From contig NMRA01000155.1 in assembly GCA_002633005.1 (NCBI GenBank), positions 427,844-491,843 of the forward strand: 64,000 bases of DNA, given 5' to 3'. The DNA is from Phoronis australis (lineage: Eukaryota > Animalia > Phoronida). The notes beneath the pieces were generated by a model that saw only the letters and a program-made list of their open reading frames with translations, searched no databases and was not told the origin of the DNA. This document shows, in pieces, positions 1-11,659 of the stretch (position 1 is its first letter; the number at the start of each line of letters is the position of its first letter). Made by a program: the position numbers and the translations under genes.

Positions 1-169
1 GTGATGGAAGCCATGAACAGATGCACTCGTATACCACCAATGTTTTTATTATGTCGAGAATTTCTATGAAAAGGATAACATGTGCCTAAATTATTTCATT
101 TCTGTATCGGAGTAAAGAACGTATGTTATAATAAAATGTAAATTTCAGTCAGATTCAATTCGTTGCCGC

Positions 170-470
170 AATACAATGTCAGATGTTACTACGCTTATTC
201 GATCATTCTATAGACGTCATTTTCCGTACAACTTACCTATACATCTAACAATTCACACGATAACGTCACTCTGAAATGCACAAACTTTGTATCGAACGAC
301 CTTGGGCATTTCCAGTTCATTTCACTTGTACTTGTTTCACTCGAACTTTATCATTCAACATGAAGCTAGGACTGCCGATGGGAAGGGCGGACGCAAAGTT
401 GGGCAGAACGGAAAAGAAATAGGGTGGACCGGCCTCAGACAAACCTTATGTGTAGGGTAGATGTGAAATC
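170..470. repeat. Dispersed repeat X (second copy at about 12320-12640, same orientation)
   Basis: Shared blocks such as CGTCATTTTCCGTACAA, CACACGATAACGTCAC, CAAACTTTGTAT..GACCTTGG.CATTT.CAGTTCATTTCAC and TCAACATGAA. Confidence 0.75.
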
Positions 471-1158
471 GAAAGGAGAATCGTGTCATCGGCTTGTTGC
501 AAAATTTTCAAATGCGGTGAGGTTATATTTACCTTTTACATTATCATTTTGGCTAAACATTGAGGCTGTAATATCAGCACAGATAATAAACAAGTAGGGA
601 GACACAGAATCACCTTGGCGGCAGCGTGACCGAGTTCACTATTTTAAAATACCGTCAAGTGAAGCCATGTTGGATAACACAAAGTTTTGCGCCTTTGTTC
701 AGAAGACGACCTCAGCTTATAAATGTTTTGCCGGCATTGCAAAAACATAAAGTTTTGTAAATAAATTTCCACGACACAGAATCCAATGTTTCTTAGAAGT
801 CTACTATTATTAAAAGACCAGCAATACTGTATTTATCAATGAACTGGAATAGATCATTTATTGTGCGTTTGTTTCTCCAATAAATCTTCCCTTTGTGAAT
901 CCTGTCGGATCGCTATTTATCAGTTCACTATTACTACAATCCAAAGAGACAGCCCGAGAGAATCTTATAGCTCGTATTTAACAAAGGTATAGGTCGCCAT
1001 TTTCATAGATGCTCTCTTGATTTTCCCTTAGGAATGATACAAATAGCACCTTGGTGTTCCTATAAGCAACCGGATTTAAATCTTCTATTGAACGATCTCA
1101 GCATAAAGACGGAACTAATAAAAACTCGGATGAGAAACCATCAGGACCAGGCGTTTCG
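470..1158 (-). mobile_element. Degenerate non-LTR retrotransposon (L1/Tx1-like) reverse transcriptase fragment
   Basis: Minus-strand translation with stops and frameshifts gives RT motifs in the correct order: KTPGPDGF, GAICIIPKG, KWRPIPLLNTSYKILS, LINSDPTGFTKGRFIGE, VDF..LDSVSWKFI, CRQGDSVSPYLFIICA, QADDT. Part of it recurs at about 1500-1767. Confidence 0.85.
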
Positions 1159-2103
1159 TTTTTTTTTTTTATTTATCCCATACGCGTTGAATCAGTTGAG
1201 GGAAATACGGCCATATAATAATGTTTCCCGTATTCACCTCCCGCACTACTTCAACAGTGACCTCTGACATTGAAGGTTCAAAACGTAGGTCAATGTCGAC
1301 TCGACGTCGTTAGCCGGTTAGATCATCAAACTTGCGGATATAGCTTAAAGGAATACAATTGTAGCACTGTAACTACCACTCAACATGCACCCAGGTCTCA
1401 ATATTTTTAACGGCAAGCAAGTGGCAGGTCTACAGGGCAATTCAGGATGTTCAATCCCCCCAATCCTCTTCCATCGCAAAACCTGTACGTTCGATGGCNC
1501 TTTGTGAATCCTGTCTGATCGCTATTTATCAGTTCACTATTACTACAATCCAACGAGACAGCCCGAGAGAATCTTATAGCTCGTATTTAACAAAGGTATA
1601 GGTCGCCATTTGCCTAGATGCTCTCTTGATTTTCCCTTAGGAATGATACAAATAGCACCTTGGTGTTCCTATAAGCAACCGGATTTAAATCTTCTATTGA
1701 ACGATCTCAGCATAAAGACGGAAATAATAAAAACTCGGATGAAAAACCATCAGGACCAGGCGTTTCGTTTTTTTTTTTTATTTATCCCATACGCGTTGAA
1801 TCTGTTGAAGGAAATACGGCCGTATAATGATGTTTTCCGTATTCACCTCCTGCACTACTTCAACAGTGACCTCTGACATTGAAGGTTCAAAACGTAGGTC
1901 AATGTCGACTCGAATTCGTTATCCGGTTAGATCATCAAACTTGCGGATATAGCTTAAAGGAATACAATTGTAGCACTGTAAATACCACTCAACATGCAAC
2001 CAGGTCTCAATATTTTTAACGGCAAGCAAGTGGCAGGTCTACAGGGCAATTCAGGATGTTCAATCCCCCATTCCTCTTCCGTCACCAAACTGGTACGTTC
2101 AAT
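891..2103. repeat. About 609-bp direct tandem duplication straddling an N (probable allelic/haplotype duplication at a contig join)
   Basis: 891-~1495 and 1500-~2103 align end to end with at least 15 substitutions counted by eye; a single N lies at 1499, exactly at the junction. Confidence 0.85.
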
Positions 2104-2446
2104 CGCTCCTGAATCTAAACATGTGTGACAAGCCTTGGTAAGTCTATATGACCACTAATCTTCATTATTTGGTCTCACGCCACTCCATCATTTGGAGCTT
2201 AATATACATTTAGCCGATATAAAATTATCTGTAAGCCCGTACGGTACGGGCTATTGTATAAAGCCATCTTAGGTTACTATTTCGGCTGAAGATGATACGT
2301 TATCAGCGTTCCCAAACAGGTCTGTTTATTTTGGGAGAGTGCGCGGTGAATAATTATCTTTCATAATACTAGTTTCTTTCGCAGTTGTGGGCAGATAGAT
2401 GTGTACAGATCGGTAAGACGTTATTGCGTACTTTTGCTGCATAACG

Positions 2447-5400
2447 ATGTTTAAGATTAGAATTCTGCTGTTTTCGGTGTCTTGTGCGGCCTTGTGTGTC
2501 GGAGTACTTGGTGTCGAGTCCCTAGTGAAAGTAATAAGTGGAAAATTGAAAGGCGACTGGTCTCAGACAGATGGAGTAACTCGCTTTTTGGGTGTACCTT
2601 ATGCTTTACCACCGGTAGGCGAGCGCAGGTTCGTCCTTCCCCAGATATTGCCAAGTTTCGACGTGGAGAAGGATTGCACATCGTACAAACCGTCGTGCCC
2701 TCAACCTTTGGAGATGTTCAATGATTCGCGGTCAGGTTATTTAAAAGCATACAACTTTTCTTTCGACCTACCGAAAACCGATGAAGATTGTTTGTATTTA
2801 AACATTTTTGTTCCTGGCGAGGTTCATGTCAACAAATCTTTGCCAGTTATGGTTCATTTCCAAGATGGTGGCTTCCAGGTTGCGCTTAACGACGTATTCG
2901 ATGGTTCCGGTCTGGCAAGGGAAGGTGAAGTCATAGTTGTGACATTCAATTCACGACTTGGTGCTCTTGGTTTCTATGGAGGGCACAACTTAGGACTTTG
3001 GGACCAAATAGAAGTTTTGAAGTGGATACAACACAACATTGGCGTGTTTGGTGGTGATGCGAACAGCGTAACATTGTTTGGAGTTGGCTCAGGTGCGTTT
3101 TCCGTTGGTCTCCATGTTTTATCTGCAGAGAGTAGAGGGTTGTTTAAACGGGCCATATCTCAAGGTACATCTGCCTACGATATAACCTTAATCAACTCAA
3201 ATCCAGAAACTGTGAATGGCGCTTTCAACAAAGCACTGAAGTGTGAACATAAGGAAATGGATAAACAGATGAAATGTTTAAGGTCGCTGAAAGTTGAAGA
3301 CATTCTTTCTGTGCAGGTAAATCTTGCCTACAAGTACCTGAATTTTATGCCGACAATTGATGGCAAAATACTACAAGACAAACCAACCATCATATTGGAA
3401 TCAATGAAATTCAATGACGTCGACTATATGTTAGGTGTCAACAGCAACGGGGGATCTGCTGGTGTTAATGACTTCTTCGCCCGTTTAGACACTGGTGCTG
3501 ACGAAGGTTATTTCAAAGCATACATAGATAGTGCTTCTTACATGGCATCCCCAACAAACTCTGTCTCTGTGAAGGCAGCTCTGTCATATGAATACACGCC
3601 ACCAATGAAAGACAGTATGAACAGAAAACAGTGGCTTCAGAACACATTGAACTTTTCTAGAGATGGATACTTAAGTCAAGTCAGAGGAGCCCAGTTGATT
3701 CATGCCGGTGCTGGGTTGCACGTTTTCGCCTATTATTTTGACCAGTCTCCGCCAGTTTTAAATGGCGTCCCAGCAGATGTTTTGGGTGTGCCCGCTGGTG
3801 TGGAGGAGTTATTTTTATTTGGAGGCGTGCGCCATGAGTTCAGTAAACGATTGATGAAAACCTGGGCGAGTTTTGCTAAAACAGGGTAAGTAGGACCACA
3901 GAAAATCTATTATTAGAATTTATTTTAGTCCAAAGCGTTGTACAGAATGCGCAAACGGTGCACACTGACTTTTAAGTAGACGCCACTGTTTTGTATTCAT
4001 AAAGGATATGAATTGGAACTGCATCGCACTTTTGAAGCTAAAAAGAAGTTTTTGTCAATAAATCAATAAATCTAGAAGAACAAGAACTCATCAAGTAAAA
4101 AACGAAATGTCATTGTACATGATGAGCACCCATAAGTGCTCAACATTCTTTTTCGAATCTAAGTGACTACAAATTTCATTTATTATGGCCACATATACAT
4201 TGATCAGAATTACAAAATTAGCTTTAATGACCAACCTCTCATGGGAACATGTTTAAATTATGACTACATGTACATCCAACTAACCGTAAGAGAATAATGA
4301 CCTGACTAAAACTTTTGGTTTTCAGGATGCCAGTTTTAGAACTTGGTGATGGCACCCTTTTGGACTGGCCTAAGTTCAACGTGACCCACCCAAAAACAGC
4401 CCTTCTGCGAGCAGACGTTACCAAGACAAATGCTGTTTTGGGTTCGTTGCCAAATAATTTGGAAAGGAAAATTTCTTTTTGGACTGAACTGTTGCCCAGT
4501 CTTTTAGCTGAAAACGACGAGTGCCGAAACGAAACATCTTCTATGGAAAACGAACACCCTGTGGTTAACCTTAAACAAGGTCGTGTTCTTGGACGTCTCA
4601 GAACGGTTGCAGGTAATTTTGTTAACACATTGTACTTTGCTTACTCAAGTAAACCCACCTTGACCGTCTGCAAGAAAGTTGTCCGCCCATTGGTGCCTTT
4701 TTTGCTCTCACTTAGCAGACAATCGAGCGGCGTAATAGCGATTTTTGGCATGACTGCAACATTCCATTGCGTACATTAGTCATTCAACTTGTCTGAAAAT
4801 TAGTATTCAAAAGGCACGGCACTATACAGTTAGAGACCTTTTGGAACGCAATTTGATCAAAATTCGTCAAAACCCTATCTCAAGTGTCATCAGTAGTTGC
4901 AATGCGCTTGGAATAGGTCGGTTCTAGTTGTCCGATCGCAATATTTATGGACAATTCTGTATTTTCGCTAATCATTCTTGACCAGGTCAGCATGCATACA
5001 CGAGCTTGAGTGCGGGATCTCAGTGGCCGAGTTTCTCATTGCCTGGAACAGTAGAATGTGGAATTTGCATGCATACTAGAAGGGGTCAAGCAAAACGCTT
5101 AAACAACATTTTCTAAAGAGGGTCGCTTCTGTACATTTTGGGGTTCCTACTTAAACAGTCAATTTTGTTTAATTTGACCTTGTTACTATTTATGAAGGTC
5201 ACGTGAATAGATTAGATGGTGAGTCTTTCATGCTCCAGGTAGGTGTTGTAACAGAAGTGAAAAATTCTGTTTTACAGACTTGCCAAGCGGCAGTTGTCAA
5301 CCGTAGTAACTAGGATCTCGGGATCGGTGTGCATGTATATGATTCCAGGGCGTAATTTCCTTAATGTGCAAACACTCGCCTGCGCTAGCATCAGTTGAAG

Positions 5401-8400
5401 TAATCCAGAAAACTGTAGTCATTGGGTCTATACGAGGCCCACGATGTACGAGTGTTTGGTAATCATCAGGTGACGTCAGTCAATTTGCAAGCTTCGCGGT
5501 TGTGTCTCAGTCTTTTCTCGCGACTAACTCCAGATGATTGGTCGGCGACTGGAAAGGCTGAGCAAAACTGGTTATTGATATTAACAACATGTTGCTAATA
5601 ACATGTTTGAGATTTTAATACAACACCTGAAGATATCGCGGTGAGCACTTGCCTGAGTTAGCGCGTGAAGAATGTTATTTCGTCATTCGGCCACTCATCC
5701 CTAGTAAAATTTTCAAAGTTTAACAAATTGCCATTGCAAAAAATGGGTATACACATTGTGCTGTTGTGACATTACAGACTACCTTGCTACACTATATTTA
5801 CACGTTAGTTGTAAGTCGTTACTGACTTCTCAGTCCGTCGAGTGGTTACTGCTGCGAGTGCTTCAACAAGCTGGCTTTTTGTTTTCTCCTATCTTTTCGG
5901 CTGTTTAACCTCATTGCCCACTTTTTATGGAAATTAAACAGAACTTCATTGAACCATCAGTTCGAACCCGCAATGACGTAGAGCTTTACCGCTGGACGAG
6001 TCTCACCGGCTTACTGCATGACTTACTTCAAATGGGAAACTAAAACCCACATTTTTGGTGTCACATGTTGGGTACTGTTGACATCGTCATCCATAAGTTG
6101 AAAGGTAAATGCGATTGTGTACCTTAGGAAACCACTTTCCATACGAAGAATACCTGGACATCCCATATGCAGCGCCGCCTGTAGGAGACTTACGATTTCA
6201 GCCTCCAAGGCCCCATCATGGTTGGAAAGGCGTTCTAAACAGAACAAGAGAGACAACTGGGGTCAAGATTTGTCCTCAACCTAGCTCTGTGATCAAATTG
6301 CTTCCATTTGAGGTCATGGAGGAAGATTGTCTAACATTAGACATTTACCTTCCATACGGAGTTTCGAAAATCAGGTATATTTACGTAGGTCTACAGGCCG
6401 AGATATGCTACCTTGTGCTATACTTTCCTACACTCTATAATGGGTATATTGTAAAACCTCAAACATAAGTTCGTTTTCTGAGAAATTTTGAACCTTCAGC
6501 GATACCAAATATTAAAAATTGCTTTATTTTCGACAAAGGTCGTACCATTTTTCAGATATAAGGCCAGTTGTCAGTAATTTTCCTTCAGTTTGTTTTCACC
6601 CAACCAACTAACCACTGTTTTAAGTATTGTCGAAGACAATAAACTATTGGTTGGCTGAAATTGTTCCTGCAAAAAAAAAAGAAAACGGTGCTTCACTTGT
6701 TAAATTACGTTAGAACCTTAAAGGGTAAATAAATTGTAACGATCCCGAAAATAATCTGTAGCCTTATACTCCAATATCAGGAAATATTTGAATGTAAAAT
6801 CATAGCCGTAAGCATTATAAAGGACGTTGTCAACTCAATAACGTCACATTTGATCAACATCGACCATTTTCTGGACTCTGAATTGCAATGAACTCAAATG
6901 TATAGGCACCAATGGTATATCAACTAGATTCGCGCATTGTCCGTTTTTGAAGAACCCTAAATATGTCCAATTTTGTCCAACTTTAGAACATTTCAGACAT
7001 GGCTGATCGGATTCATATGAAATTTTCCGATACTACCCTTTATGCACTGACCTACAAAATACTGGAAGGAATTATTCTTAAAATGTTCCACTTTTGCGTG
7101 GGTGGCTATCAAAAATAGGACTGGTATGTTTTGTATGATAATAACTTAAAGTTCTCTAAAACGAAAACATAACGGTAATTTAGAAAACAGTGACCGCGTT
7201 TGTGAGATATAATCTTGAGCATTTATATCATATGAAATTCATGTATTTTGTAAAGTGCTATATAAAGAGTTAAATTTAGTTCATGAATTCCTCCATTAGG
7301 TACAGACAGTTGCCCGTCATGGTTTTCATACACGGAGGAGCTTACGATTATGGATCCAAGAACACGTATGTTGGCAACGGCTTGGTCCAGAGAGAAGTCA
7401 TTTTGGTAGTGATAAACTATCGGCTGGGTGCGCTTGGGTTTTTGGCTACTGGTATGTATGATCCGTATTTGAGGTTTATAAACACAACTGTCTTATTTTG
7501 TTATACGTGTCAGATTTTCCATGTTATACTAGAAAAGGATTTCCGACCGAAGGCATCTGTGATTAAAAAATCCGTTCAAAGTACTGACCATCATTAATTT
7601 TAAAGTGATGATAAAGCGACCCTTCCGTAACAAAATTTGTCGTCGGAAAAAATAGAAACAAGCTGTTAAAACATTGTCAAATGAAAATTGACTACTAACA
7701 GAATTTTCATTATATTCCCAACAGGAGACAAGGCTTCAATAGGTAATTACGGTCTCATGGATCAACATTTGGCTCTGAAGTGGGTGAAGGAAAACATAGG
7801 GCACTTTGGAGGTGATCCTGATGAAGTAACTATCTTTGGAGAATCGGCTGGAGCCGGAAGCGTTATGTTCCAAGTAATAGCACCAGCCAATAGAGGGCTC
7901 TTTAAACGAGCTATTGCTGAGAGCGGTGCCACCGAGTGCCCATGGTCACTTGTCACAAACGAAACCGCTCGTGTAAGCGCCAAACGAATAGCGGAAAAAC
8001 TAAACTGCTCCTCGACAAGCACTCACATGATGGTCAATTGCCTCAAACGAATTGATGTCATGGATGTCATTAGTGCTGTGGGGGATTTCACGCGCCCTCT
8101 CTCTTTAAATCCTGTTATAGACGGTCATTTTTATTCCGAAGGTACCGGAACAGATGTACAAAGATGGTGTAGCTCGTGATATCACTGTTATGATGGGTCG
8201 TACGAGGCATGAGGGTTACGGATCTGTTGCTCACCCAGAACTAGTACTTGCTGAAGTTAGAATGGAAGAGAAAAGTCCGTCTTTGGCCAAAGCTGTTGAT
8301 TTCTATTACCGTGATCTCATAAAAGCTGTTCGGAATGGGCTTAAAGACAAAGAGAGCATGTTACAGATGACTGACTTCGGGACTGATTATCACATGGCGC

Positions 8401-10793
8401 ATGCTATCGAGAAAGAAGCGAATCTTCATGTTAGGTAAGTTTGCTCTTCTTGTGGTAAAACGTTTTTAACTTTTTGAATGTATCCAAATTTGTAATCATT
8501 AGCTACGGGGGCTCGTTGAATTGGATAAGTACATGCACAACATTTATTTTAGAGAACAACGGCCAACCGAAGCGCAAAGTACGTGTTTCCTGCATGAAGC
8601 TGCGATAGAAGAAACCATTAAGGGATTCTAAAGGGAATTGTGACATTCGAGTGAAAATTATTTAATGTTCAGACAAAACATGAAAATGGTCGAGCGGCAG
8701 CATACAATGGAAAGATCGCATCGACAACGAATATATTGAAGAAGTTAGATTAAACAGAGAAGTACAGTGTGTCAACTATTCACGTGAGGGGAATATATAA
8801 ACGTAATAGCGTAATGGAATTGCACAGTATTTTCATGAGAAAGCCACACCATCTGCCTTTGCTGGCTCAGTTCAGGCTGCGCTATTGCCTACGCAGCATT
8901 AAGACATGAGACACAAACATCTAACAAATTGAGAATATATTAAAAACCCAGTGAATTATTTATGTTCTCAATGGACGAATCCCAAGAACAGTATTCCTTT
9001 TGCAGATCGCTATTGTGAAAACATTATTTCTCAAACGTCAAGTTTACATGACGCACTGGCTGTGTGGATTAGTTTGTCAGATATCATTTTAATCAGGGTT
9101 ATTTGTAAGTAGTGAACAAAGATTTCTTTGTTGTTGTTTTTTTCTAAAAATCAATTTAACGCCAAGTCCAATAGCGTTGGAAAGCAAAGCAATGGCACTA
9201 CACGACTAAGGTCTGAACATTTCTTTTGAGTGACTGCCGCACATCGCCGTGAGATACCTCGACTCACGTGGGTCGATTGGAGGATGATGGTCAGCGTTTC
9301 TGCACATCCCTTCTGAAGTTACCGAAATATTTCTAGCTCCGGGATTTCAAAGATAATTTGCAACTCAATATGCCGCAGAAAGCTACCACAGATGTTTGAG
9401 AAGAGTAAACATGTCGTCCTGTATGAGTTTAGCCCGAATAAACAAATCTTCCAAGAAATTAGTAGTTCAATGAATTTTGATGCCGGTTGAGATTCGATGA
9501 AACTGATATCATTCCTCCATCAAATAGCAAGTTCCATAGATGATTTTTGTCAACTCGAAGTAATCACTGACTTGTTTAAGATTTCGCGTGTGGGGGGCAA
9601 ACCAAATTTTTCAATGGAAAGTGTTCACGAAGCCCCTAACGATTTTCTGCCACCGTCCGAAAGGAACACCTAAGTCCGAATTTGAGAAATCTATGTTTAT
9701 AAACATTTCGTTCTTTTGGTGAACTTCCAACACTCTATATTTATCGTATAACCTCAAACAGCAATAACCACGATATACATATACACCGGTAATGATTCTT
9801 GTGTTTGACTAACTAATCTCACTTTTATTTTGTTTGTTGTTTCAGTAACGGAGGCACGTTGTATAGGTTCGTGTTTAATTTCCACGCTGGTGTCTTCTAC
9901 TTCTATAATTCCCCCACCCCAGATTTCATACACGGAGCTCACGCTGAAGAGCTAGCATACGTCTTCGGCAACGCTTGTGTGAGCATGCCAGAGCTTGATT
10001 CAATCGTGAAACGTGCCAAAGTGACTCAAAGCGATATCACCATGTGCCACGCAATGATGGACATGTGGACAAACTTCGCCTACACAGGGTATGTTTTTCA
10101 CAAGACTTTAGCGGATACTGAAACATGGTCTGATAATTTCAACCAATCCTCGTTCTGTCACCTGCATCATTGGCGTCAATCTTGAATGATAAAAATGAAT
10201 TAACTGCAACTCGTACCCTCAATTTTACTAATAGGACATTAAGGTTCTTGGTGGGTGGTCATTTCCCACAGTTGCCATGTAATTCGCTAAAAGCAAAGGT
10301 CAAGCTAGTCCGTTTAGCAGACTTCGAAAGGAGTTTTCAATTTGTCCTCCAAACTTTTGAAGGTTGCCAAGGGTTACAGAATATTATTTAGTTTTCAGAG
10401 AAGTGGACGGGAAAGTCGTTCCTTTATTCTGCTCTTTTACGACACAGTTTGGGGCAATGTACCAAATTCCTGTGTACCTTGAAAAAGTAAGCAAAAAGTC
10501 TTTGATGCACTGTTCAAAATAGTTGCCCATTGTTTGTATATTTCAGCCATCCATTAATGGGAAGACGACAATTCAATTTGCATTGGCCTCAATACAAAAT
10601 GGATACACCATACATCTTCAATATCAACGAAAACCTCACCATGTCATCTGGTGACGATCTGGTAGTTACACCTCATGGCAATCCGGAGCTGTTCCGTCCC
10701 AAGAATATGGCTTTTTTCAACAAATTAGCACCAGCGCTCAGGAAAATAGACATGCCAAAATTGTGCAATGCGACAACTACTTCGATGCCTTAG
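2447..10793 (+). CDS. Secreted tandem two-domain type-B carboxylesterase/cholinesterase-family protein (about 1107 aa after correcting one frameshift)
   Basis: Exons 2447-3885, 4326-4612, 6128-6374, 7300-7451, 7725-8434, 9846-10088, 10547-10793; all introns are GT-AG with matching phases. Hydrophobic N-terminal signal peptide. Both domains show family motifs (GVPYALPPVG/DIPYAAPPVG, EDCLYLNI/EDCLTLDI, RLGALGF, GLWDQ/GLMDQ, FGGD, LFKRAI, WASFAKTG/WTNFAYTG). Domain 2 has HGGAY, GESAG, HEG and GAHAEE. One extra T at 8128-8132 shifts the frame in exon 5. Confidence 0.88.
6950..7130 (+). repeat. Dispersed intronic repeat family (other copies about 20595-20725, 31080-31215, 33565-33725, 62325-62490; inverted partial copy about 12090-12165)
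   Basis: Shared core resembling AAATGTCCAAATTTG..CAGA.ATGGCTGATCGGATTCATATGAAATTTTC..AAAATGTTCCA..CTATCAAAAATAGGACT. Confidence 0.7.
9300..9700 (-). mobile_element. Possible highly decayed LINE ORF2 C-terminal fragment
   Basis: A minus frame reads IEKFGLPPTREILNK..SS*QK..ELAI*W, resembling a KYGLP..LL..WK..AI..W segment recalled from invertebrate LINEs; many stops. Confidence 0.3.
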
Positions 10794-10954
10794 TTATTGT
10801 AGAGTTTTGTTAACTACTATATAGTCAATATATACTATACTAGCGGCATAGAACGTGAAATGCAGACTAAATTGCGTTATTAAATGTGGTTCTCCCTCTG
10901 TCACAGAAACAAAAGTCAAACTATTCACCATGGCTGGGTTGCGCAAAACTTCAA

Positions 10955-11175
10955 ATTTATCCCATACGCGTTGAATCTGTCGAGGGCAATACGGCCATGT
11001 AATAATGTTTTCCGTATTCACCTCCCGCACTACTTCAACAGTGACCTCTGATGTGAAAAGTTCAATAGGTAGGTCAATGTTGACTCGTTAGCTGGTTCAA
11101 TCATCAAACTTTTCCAATATAGTTTAAAGTAATACAGTTGCAGCAGTATAAATAACACTCGACATGCAATTAGGT
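10955..11175. repeat. Dispersed repeat Y (copies at about 1172-1395 and 1781-2005)
   Basis: TTTATCCCATACGCGTTGAATC..TACGGCC..CCGTATTCACCTCCCGCACTACTTCAACAGTGACCTCTGA..GTAGGTCAATGT..TCATCAAACTT is shared by all three copies. Confidence 0.8.
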
Positions 11176-11549
11176 CCCAGACATAACATCTGGTACAAAA
11201 CTGTTAATTATGTGACAGTTCTGTCTCACTTAGTTTTCAATTGCTAAATATTATGTCGTCTGCACTCAGGCGACGATAACTCGGTAACTACAATATCAAA
11301 TGTTGTTATTTAACTATTTTCAAGAAATGTTACAAGTTCAATGCTTAATTACCGCTGTTTTCATGTTTGTTATCTCTTTTTTCAAGTAATAAATCGTCAC
11401 ATTTAAAACAGTTTCTTTTACTAGAGAAAACTTGCAGCTAACGCGCAAGTGCATACATATAGGATGTGATCCGCCACGTGAACTGTCTGAGTGAAGTATA
11501 GAAAAATCTGGGGAAAAAATGAGAGAAACTTAGGAATTCGAAGCGTATG

Positions 11550-11659
11550 GGATAAATACAAAACGAACCTCGATTGGCGTACATGAAGTAATATTCCACT
11601 CTGTCTCGTGGGATATTACTGCATGTACGCCACTCTCGGTACGTTTTGTGTATTTATCC
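11550..11659. repeat. Imperfect palindromic (hairpin) element
   Basis: GGATAAATACAAAACG..TGGCGTACATG.AGTAATATTCCAC pairs with GTGGGATATTACT.CATGTACGCCA..CGTTTTGTGTATTTATCC. Confidence 0.8.

Noticed and set aside
1034-1876. Twin ORFs MIQIAPWCSYKQ.. as a duplicated small gene
   Set aside because: They are the antisense of the decayed RT plus repeat Y, and are doubled only by the duplication at the N.
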